In this document: piece by piece, positions 1 to 6,788 of the stretch
Layout of the letters: each line of letters opens with the position of its first letter
How positions within the stretch are numbered: position 1 is the stretch's first letter
Assembly: GCA_012961845.1 (NCBI GenBank)
Contig: DTYO01000281.1
Coordinates: forward strand, 1-32,224
Length of the DNA: 32,224 nucleotides
Source of the DNA: Thermodesulfobacteriaceae bacterium
GTDB lineage: Bacteria; Desulfobacterota; Dissulfuribacteria; Dissulfuribacterales; UBA3076
Direction: 5' to 3'
The notes under the pieces: generated by a model
The model's database searches: none
Told to the model about the DNA's origin: nothing
The model's input: the letters and a program-made list of their open reading frames with translations, nothing else
Program-made: the position numbers and the translations under genes

Positions 1-66
1 AAAAGTCAAACCGTCCGGGGAATCCGGCGGGCGTGCCGTCCTACTCAAACCTCTGGAAAACACAAA

Positions 67-2760
67 ATGGAAATAAAAGAAATACAGGGTGATTCACCGC
101 TCTACCTCATAGATGGAAGTTCTTACATCTACAGGGCTTATTTTGCCATCCGGCAGTCGCTGACTACAAGCAGCGGTTTTCCCACCAAGGCCGTGCTCGG
201 TATTACCAATATGCTCTGGAAGGTGCTCCAGGAAAAGGATCCCAGGTATGTTGGCGTGATCTGGGATGCCAAAGGTCCTACGTTCAGGCATGAGCTCTAT
301 GAGAGCTATAAGGCCAACAGGCCGCCCATGCCTGATGATCTTACAGTACAGATTCCCTATATCAGGGAACTGGTGGATGCGCTGGGTCTGGTTCAGGTGG
401 AAATAAACGGGTTCGAGGCGGACGACATCATTGCCACCATTACTAGAAAGGTATCCGATAGACACCCTGTGATTGTCGTCTCAGGCGACAAGGACCTTCT
501 CCAGCTCGTGGGCCCTAGAGTCATCCTGTGGGATTCCATGAAAGACCAGGTGACTGATCTTACCTCCATAAGGGAAAAAATCGGCCTGGAGCCGGAAAAA
601 CTCCTCGATGTCATGACCCTGTCCGGAGATGCCTCCGACAATATTCCCGGGGTCCCGGGGATCGGACCCAAGACCGCGGTGAAACTCATCCGGCAGTATG
701 GATCTGTAGACAACCTGCTGGTACATCTGGATGAAATCAAGGGGGAAAAACTCAGAGAAAGGCTTGAGGCCAGCAGGGACCGTCTGCCCCTGATGAGGAA
801 GCTGGTGGCCCTGTCTTACGATGTGCCTGTGGATGCCGACGTTCATGCCTATGAGAGGAGACCCCCTGACCATGAAAAGCTGAGAAAGGTGTTCCAGGAG
901 CTTGAACTTACAAGGCTTCTGCAGAGGCTGGCTCCCGAAAAGACCATTGCGCCGGATCGCTACGAACTGATCCAGACCGAAGAAGAGCTTGCCAGATGGC
1001 GGGATATGGCGCAAGAAGCCTCTTCTCTGTGCATAGATACTGAGACTACCAGCGAGTTTCCTATGGAGGCGGAGCTGGTGGGGCTGTCTATCTGTGTGGA
1101 ACCGCCATGTGCCGGATATATCCCGCTGGGCCACAGGTGCGGAGATCCCCAGCTGGGCAGGTCTGACGTGGTCAGGATACTGGGGCCGCTGTTTGCCGAT
1201 CCTGCCACAGGCAAGGTGGGGCAAAACATAAAGTATGACCTGATAGTCCTGGCCAATCACGGGATGGAACTGGCGGGGATAGAAGGTGACACCATGATCG
1301 CGTCCTATCTTCTCAATCCGTCGAGGCACCGCCACAATCTGGGTGAAATCGCCCAGGAGATCCTTGGACACAGGATGATATCTTTCCAGGAGGTGACCGC
1401 TGATCAGAAGAAGAAAAAAAATTTTGCATTGGTACCCTTGGATGCAGCCAGGGATTATTCATGCGAGGACGTCCATGTTACCGCCCTGGTAAAGGAAGTG
1501 CTCTGGAAAAAGCTCAGGGAAAACAGCCTGTGGGACCTGTTTGAAAACGTGGAGGTCCCGCTGATCAGGATACTCGCCGATATGGAAATGGCAGGAATTC
1601 TGATCGACCGGGAGAAACTTGAAGGCCTGTCCGGGGAATTCGCCGCAAGGCTTGCTGCCCTGGAGGAAGAGATATACGGACTTGCAGGTGAAAAATTCAA
1701 TATCAATTCCACGAAACAGCTTGCAGCAATACTGTTTGAAAAGCTGAATTTGCCCCAGAAAAAAAAGACCAGGAAAAAGACAGGCTATTCCACCGATGTG
1801 GAGGTGCTGAAAGAACTGGCGGGGCTACACGAGCTGCCCCGCAGTATCCTGGCCTACCGGAACCTTGCCAAGCTCAAGTCCACCTACGTGGACGGGCTTG
1901 CCAGGATGCTCAATGCCAGAACAGGCAGGGTACACACTTCATTCAACCAGACCGTGACTGCCACCGGCAGACTCTCCTCCAGCGACCCGAATCTGCAGAA
2001 CATCCCTGTCAGGACGGAGGAGGGAAGGAGGATCAGGTCGCTTTTCACGGCTCCCGAGGGATGCTTACTTCTTTCTGCCGACTATTCTCAGATAGACCTG
2101 CGTGTACTGGCACACTATTCAGGGGATCCCTCCCTGATCAGTGCTTTCAGGAACGATGAAGATATCCACAGGCTGACAGCAGCGGAGGTGTTCGAGGTTT
2201 CGCCAATGCTGGTGACGCCGGAGATGCGCAGAGTGGCCAAAACCGTAAACTTTGGAATAATTTACGGGATGAGTGCGTACGGCCTGGCAAAGGAGCTGGG
2301 TATATCCAGGAAGGAGGCAAAAGAGTTTATCGACAGGTATTTCAGGAGATATCCCGGAGTAAAGAGATACATGGAGAGCGTGGTAGAGCAGGCCCGGGAA
2401 CAGGGGTATGTCACGACGCTGCTGGGCAGGAGACGTTATATTCCGGATCTTGTCAGCAGAGTCAAATCGGTCAGAGAGTTTGCAGAGCGGACTGCCATCA
2501 ATACCCCTATCCAGGGTACGGCGGCAGACATAATAAAGCTTGCCATGATCAGGGTTGATTCAGCTCTGAAGTCAGTGGAGCCGCCGTGCAGGATGCTCCT
2601 CCAGGTTCATGATGAACTGATCCTGGAAGTCCCGGAAGATCAGGTGAAACAGGCGGCATGCCTTGTGAAAGAGTCAATGGAGAATGTCATGGACATGGAT
2701 GTGCCGCTTCGGGTGGCTGTGGGGTGGGGCAGGAACTGGGCCGGGATAGACGGCAAATAG
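67..2760 (+). CDS. polA: DNA polymerase I
   Basis: 897-aa ORF. The N-terminus has a 5'-3' exonuclease/FEN domain (SGDKDLLQL, GIPGVPGIGPKTA). 3'-5' exonuclease motifs are present: CIDTETTS, QNIKYD, YSCEDV. Polymerase motifs are present: A (LLSADYSQIDLRVLAH), B (RRVAKTVNFGIIYG) and C (LQVHDELILE). Confidence 0.97.
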   Translation: MEIKEIQGDSPLYLIDGSSYIYRAYFAIRQSLTTSSGFPTKAVLGITNMLWKVLQEKDPRYVGVIWDAKGPTFRHELYESYKANRPPMPDDLTVQIPYIRELVDALGLVQVEINGFEADDIIATITRKVSDRHPVIVVSGDKDLLQLVGPRVILWDSMKDQVTDLTSIREKIGLEPEKLLDVMTLSGDASDNIPGVPGIGPKTAVKLIRQYGSVDNLLVHLDEIKGEKLRERLEASRDRLPLMRKLVALSYDVPVDADVHAYERRPPDHEKLRKVFQELELTRLLQRLAPEKTIAPDRYELIQTEEELARWRDMAQEASSLCIDTETTSEFPMEAELVGLSICVEPPCAGYIPLGHRCGDPQLGRSDVVRILGPLFADPATGKVGQNIKYDLIVLANHGMELAGIEGDTMIASYLLNPSRHRHNLGEIAQEILGHRMISFQEVTADQKKKKNFALVPLDAARDYSCEDVHVTALVKEVLWKKLRENSLWDLFENVEVPLIRILADMEMAGILIDREKLEGLSGEFAARLAALEEEIYGLAGEKFNINSTKQLAAILFEKLNLPQKKKTRKKTGYSTDVEVLKELAGLHELPRSILAYRNLAKLKSTYVDGLARMLNARTGRVHTSFNQTVTATGRLSSSDPNLQNIPVRTEEGRRIRSLFTAPEGCLLLSADYSQIDLRVLAHYSGDPSLISAFRNDEDIHRLTAAEVFEVSPMLVTPEMRRVAKTVNFGIIYGMSAYGLAKELGISRKEAKEFIDRYFRRYPGVKRYMESVVEQAREQGYVTTLLGRRRYIPDLVSRVKSVREFAERTAINTPIQGTAADIIKLAMIRVDSALKSVEPPCRMLLQVHDELILEVPEDQVKQAACLVKESMENVMDMDVPLRVAVGWGRNWAGIDGK

Positions 2761-2772
2761 GCAGGAGGGAGG

Positions 2773-3114
2773 ATGGCTTCAGGGTTTTCGATACAACTGA
2801 TTTCTCCCATGCCGGGAGAGGTGCTTGAAAATGGACTGATTCTCCGGATCAGGGCTCAGATAATATTGAACTGCGGGATCCCGGTCTGTGCCGGAGGAAG
2901 ATGGGATCCCAGGCGGTTCAGGGTGCAATACCGCTGTCTCGAAAGGGACGGTGTGGTGTCGGAAGGGAGATTATCCTTTTCAGGAAATACAAGTGAGTTC
3001 CTGGGTGAATCCATGCTTGATGGATTCGGGCGGTATCATCTGGAAATAACGGCCTGGGACCCTGAGACCGGAATGGCAGGCAGGGCAGGGATCGATTTCA
3101 GCTCCCGCGGTTGA
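2773..3114 (+). CDS. hypothetical protein (113 aa), no family recognised
   Basis: The ORF starts 13 nt after the polA stop. AGGAGG at 2763-2768 lies 4 nt before the ATG. There is no signal peptide and no motif I recognise. Its stop is 4 bp from the stop of the truncated pstB on the other strand. Confidence 0.5.
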   Translation: MASGFSIQLISPMPGEVLENGLILRIRAQIILNCGIPVCAGGRWDPRRFRVQYRCLERDGVVSEGRLSFSGNTSEFLGESMLDGFGRYHLEITAWDPETGMAGRAGIDFSSRG

Positions 3115-3118
3115 CCGT

Positions 3119-3586
3119 TCAACCCGGGCTGTCTTCGTCAAGACGCCCTTTCACCTCATTCCAGAGATGCGCTTGTTTCAAGGCGCTTTTTACTTCATGC
3201 CTGATCGTTTCTTTATCTTCATGAACCAGTTCAAGGGGGAATGCCACATTCTTATAGATAGACATTGGTAGGGGATTTGGCTGCTGGAAGACAATTTCTA
3301 CCTTGCCGCGCAGTTGTCTGATATTCACGATATCGGAATGAATGTCAACCATCCTGCCGTTGATTTCCATTTCCACGGTTCCGGAAACACTGCAGCCCGC
3401 AACTTCTTCCCAGAGCCTGTTCATAACCGTCAGAAAGGTGGATTTGCCTGAGCCATACGGACCGGTAATGGTGCTGATTCTATTGGCGGGAAATTCTGCA
3501 TTTACATCGGCAAGAATTTTCTTTCCATGGTAAGAAAAACTGAGGTGCCTGATGCGGATTTTTATTTTTGATTCGGCTTTCTTCAT
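3119..3586 (-). pseudogene. pstB: phosphate ABC transporter ATP-binding protein PstB, 3'-truncated (155 codons)
   Basis: The product has a PstB-like N-terminus with a Walker A motif (GPYGSGKST) and the HLWNEVKGRLDE segment that normally precedes LSGGQ. The ORF stops at ...DEDSPG, so the ABC signature, Walker B and H-loop are absent. Its start overlaps the pstA stop as ATGA (3583-3586). Confidence 0.85.
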
Positions 3587-4464
3587 CGGTACAGAAGCAG
3601 CTTAGCGAGTCTTTTCTGAAGCCACAGGGCGGTTAGCAGAAGGCCGGTGCACAGGAAAAGGAGGAGAATCGCTGCACCGAATCCGTCTGCCGGTTCTTCC
3701 GGGCCGCTGTATTGTGACGAAATGTAGTAGATATAAAATGGCAAGGCCTCGTACTGGTCAAGGAGTGAACGGGGGATGCCGGCAACTGCCACGGCGCCGG
3801 TAAGCATCATGACTGCGGTATCTTCTGTGCACATCGTCCGGTAGCCAGAATAATGCCTCCAGTTATATCAGGGATTGATCTGGGAAGCAGTACTTTGATG
3901 ATATTTTGAACACTAGAAGCTCCCAGGGCAGGAGCGGTAACGCGCAACACAGGGTCCGATTGACTCCAGGGCTGTCTGTGTGGAACGTATGATATACGAC
4001 AGGACGAGCAGGGCCAGGGAAAGGCAGGATATCAACATGCTGAGCGCGATTTTCCCCGGGAATATGTGGTGGAGAAAGATGGTGAGGGATAGCCCAGTAA
4101 GGCCGATCACGATGGATGGTATGGCTGCCAGTATATCGAAAAATAGATTCAGGAAGGCTTTCGGGCCGCTGCCTGCGAATTCGGCCATGTATATACCCGC
4201 TGCCACACCAACAGGCACACTGACTGTCATTGAACCGGTTATCAGGATAAGTGTGCCGGCCAATGCAGGAAAGAGCCCGTCGAAGACACGGCTGTGGAAC
4301 AGGAGGGCGTCGGTTGGTGGAGTGTGTCCAAAAATCAGATCCGGGCCCAGGGGCCCGAGGCCCTTCATGAAGAGAAATCCGAGAAGGACGAACAAGGCGG
4401 TTGAAATTATGATACCGGATGCCCATGAAAAGGGCGCAAGGATGTATTCCAGAAGTCTGCGCAT
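3583..4464 (-). pseudogene. pstA: phosphate ABC transporter permease PstA, with two frameshifts and an in-frame stop
   Basis: The N-terminal part (MRRLLEYILAPF...STQTALESI) and the C-terminal part (EDTAVMMLTGAV...) are in one frame. The conserved middle (DPVLRVTAPALGASSVQNIIKVLLPRSIPDITGGIILATGRCA) is only readable in another frame. The frame switches near 3953-3962 and 3826-3836. The entry frame hits a TAG at 3913-3915. An ATGA overlap links its start to the pstC stop at 4462-4466. Confidence 0.85.
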
Positions 4465-5391
4465 CAACTTCTCATTCGTGATGAAGTAGCAGCACACATG
4501 CGGAAAAATATCATGGACAGGGCGGTGAACAGATACAGGACGAGCCCGCAGACAAAGACCGATTTGAATTCCATGGAGTCGAAATCGAAGGCCAGCACCA
4601 GGGCAATGTGGGAGGTAAGGGTCCTTGCGGAGCCGGTTATCGTTTCCACTGGAGCCGGACTGTTGCCCGTGAGCATCAGACTGACCATGGTATCGCCTGC
4701 CGCCCTGGCAAATCCGAGAAGCATTCCGTTCAGTATGCCCGGCCATGAATTGGGAAGGACAATATACAGTATTTTCTGTACGGGGCTTGCTCCAAGGGAG
4801 TCTGCAGCCAGAATCAGCCTCTGATCCACCATGTTGAATGTGTTTACGAAGAAGATAATCATCGTGGGGGCAATGAGCAGCCCCAGTACAGGTGCCGCCG
4901 TCAGAAGGCCCAGTCCCGATCCGTGGCCCAGGATATTTCTCATGAGCGGTACCAGTAAAAAAAGGGCCGCAAAGCTGTAGACCACCGTAGGGACGCCTGT
5001 CATCATGCGCACAGCATGCATCAGAAACAGCCGAAGGCGGGCCGGAGCAATGGAGGTGATCAGAAAACTGGTCCCCAGGCTTATGGGGAAACTCATGACC
5101 AGGGCAAGAAAAGCCAGTATGACACTGGCTGAAAGCATGGGGTAGATTCCAAACAGGTCTTTTTCAGGTGCCCAGCCCGAAAAAAGAAGGCGTGTAAAAT
5201 GGCCGTCACAGATCAGGGGCAGTCCGAAATACAATAGAAAACAAAAAAACAGCACCGGTAGACAGCGCGCCTATTGCTGCCGCTGCAAGGAATATACGTT
5301 CAGTAGTTGAGCTGGCGCCTGTCTCCAAACGGTCTTTGCGTCCGATCTCTGCGATGCGTGAAAAATAAGATATTCCAAACCCGAGATTCAT
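4464..5391 (-). pseudogene. pstC: phosphate ABC transporter permease PstC, frameshifted
   Basis: The N-terminal 60 or so codons (MNLGFGISYF...AAAAIGALSTGAVFLF) are in a different frame from the rest (…LYFGLPLI…FARAAGDTMVSLMLTGN…). Both frames are open only across 5206-5260, which contains an A7 homopolymer at 5243-5249. Confidence 0.8.
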
Positions 5392-5429
5392 GTCTGTGCT
5401 TGTTTTTTCAGTCGTACTGACAATTAAAT

Positions 5430-5685
5430 CCAGATTATTCGCTTCAAAAGCCGAACAAATGCCAATTAGTATAAAACATAGCATGTTATATGAAATATAG
5501 TGAGACAAAAACTGCACCAAAAAGGTGCAGCGCATTCAAAGAAAAAGTGTTCGGCATTTGAAGCCGCAAGGGGTTTGCGATTTCACCAAATCTGTTGCAT
5601 TGTCAGGGGTTTGAAGTACCAGAGTATGTCTGTACTCCCTCCACTTTGCATCTTCTGCAAACTCGCGAACCGAATAATACGGGTT
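5430..5685 (+). repeat. MITE-like interspersed repeat, family 1, copy A (about 256 bp)
   Basis: It aligns end to end with 28102-28358 at roughly 80 percent identity by eye. Long shared blocks include aaaaagtgttcg.catttgaagccg, atttcaccaaatctg.tgcattgtca and cctccacttt.catcttctgcaaactcgc.aaccgaat. The termini are inverted: ccagattattcg versus the reverse complement cccgtattattcg. TTAAA occurs on both flanks (5424-5428 and 5684-5688). The element fills the pstS-pstC spacer. Confidence 0.8.
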
Positions 5686-5731
5686 AAACAGAAATCCTCA
5701 TTTCTGAACAGACACTGGTGTATGCTGTTTT

Positions 5732-6563
5732 TCACCTGACTGGGATGAAGCCTTTTTCAGCTACAATGTCCTGACCTTCAGGGCTGAATAAATAATCTAT
5801 GAACAGCTTTGAAAGTCCTTCCGGTTCTCCTCTGGTAAGGCTGTACAGCCCGCGGGCTACCTTGTACTTGCTGGTTTGCACGTTCTCTCTCGTGGGCGCG
5901 ATGCCGTCGATTGTAACACCCTTGACACTTTCGTCGATATGCCCGACTGAAATATAGCCTATGCCGCATGGATCATTGGCAACAGCGGTTTTCATGGCCC
6001 CATTTGACACCACGGCAACGGCCCCTGGAGCAACATCACCTCTGTTCAGGGCCTTTTTCCAGAAGACTTTTCTGGTTCCACTGGCCTTGTCCCTGATGTA
6101 CAGGTTGATCCGTCTGTTCTCGCCCCCGACATTTTTCCAGTTCGTAATATCTCCAGAGAATATCGTCATGAGCTGCTCCCTGGCAAGGGATCTGATATTG
6201 TTTTCAGGATTTACAACAGCTGCTACCCCGTCAACGGCCCATTTGAACAGCTTTAGACCGTATTTAGAGATCTCATGTTCGGCAGGTTTTACGGCCGCTG
6301 TTTCCAATATCAATCAGTCCCTCTCCTACCTGCTTGATCCCTAGGCCGGAGCCTCCGCCGGCAATGGCAATATGAACTGCCTGGTTGAAAGTTATGATGC
6401 GTCCGGCCGCCTCCTTCATCACAGGGATATGGGCCGTACCTCCGGCGATCCTGATGTTTCCCTTCCTGCCCTTGAACGGGGCAAGGTCCTGCGATGCAAA
6501 AAGATTGACAGGCAGACAAATCAGCCCGGATAGCAGAACGAACAGACAAAAAGCATTTTTCAT
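5732..6563 (-). pseudogene. pstS: phosphate-binding protein of the PstS family, frameshifted
   Basis: The start has a signal peptide (MKNAFCLFVLLSGLICLPVNLFA) and an AGGAGG RBS. The reading frame breaks after ...GLIDIGNSGR. The remaining 190 codons (KPAEHEISKYGL...GFIPVR) continue in another frame. Removing one base from the run at 6287-6290 restores DIGNSGRKPAEHE. Confidence 0.85.
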
Positions 6564-6788
6564 AATATCCTCCTGATTTAAAGTTGTGCCGGAAGGTGGG
6601 TCCGACAATCTATGATTCTGTACAATAATATAAAGCGATGGTAACAGTCCAATCGGAATGCGCGATGAATCAGACGGCGGTCATAGGTGATGCAGATAGC
6701 TTGGGGATGTCCGAGGAAGAGCTCATTGCCATGAGGAAGATACAAAATCTTTCCTGCAGGCATGGTGCTGATATGCTATTTTTAGTAT

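Noticed and set aside
481-1371. Long antisense ORFs inside well-supported genes. Examples are 481-1371 (296 aa, inside polA), 8190-8969 (259 aa, inside the helicase), 21112-22275 (387 aa, inside gltB), and 3863-4426 and 3980-4489 (inside pstA).
   Set aside because: They lie entirely within genes that have strong family motifs on the other strand or frame. Their products are low-complexity and Arg/Pro/Gly-rich, with no recognisable motifs. They lack RBSs. This is typical of shadow ORFs in moderately GC-rich DNA.
5430-5685. Whether the family 1 repeat pair is a diversity-generating retroelement template/variable repeat pair, a CRISPR feature or a retron.
   Set aside because: The differences between copies are of all substitution types, not adenine-specific. 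No reverse transcriptase or cas gene is in the window. The copies are 22 kb apart, with no array-like spacing.
5500-5739. ORFs 5500-5739 (79 aa) and 28230-28445 (71 aa) share a 35-residue block and might be a small conserved protein.
   Set aside because: The similarity is at nucleotide level and extends about 100 bp upstream of both ORFs, into the repeat. An indel puts the upstream parts in different frames. The starts (GTG and TTG) and stops are not homologous. The downstream tails diverge where the repeat ends. The mild third-position bias (8 of 14 differences) is not significant. I treat the region as part of a non-coding repeat, and have flagged the coding alternative for testing.
3119-6563. 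Whether the pst frameshifts are simply sequencing or assembly errors.
   Set aside because: This is not fully excluded, since two lesions sit in homopolymers. However, the five lesions are confined to one operon, while about 25 kb of other long ORFs are uninterrupted, including an A8 run in polA. Two of the lesions (the pstA shifts and the pstB truncation) are not homopolymer-associated. I kept it as a finding with read-level verification requested.
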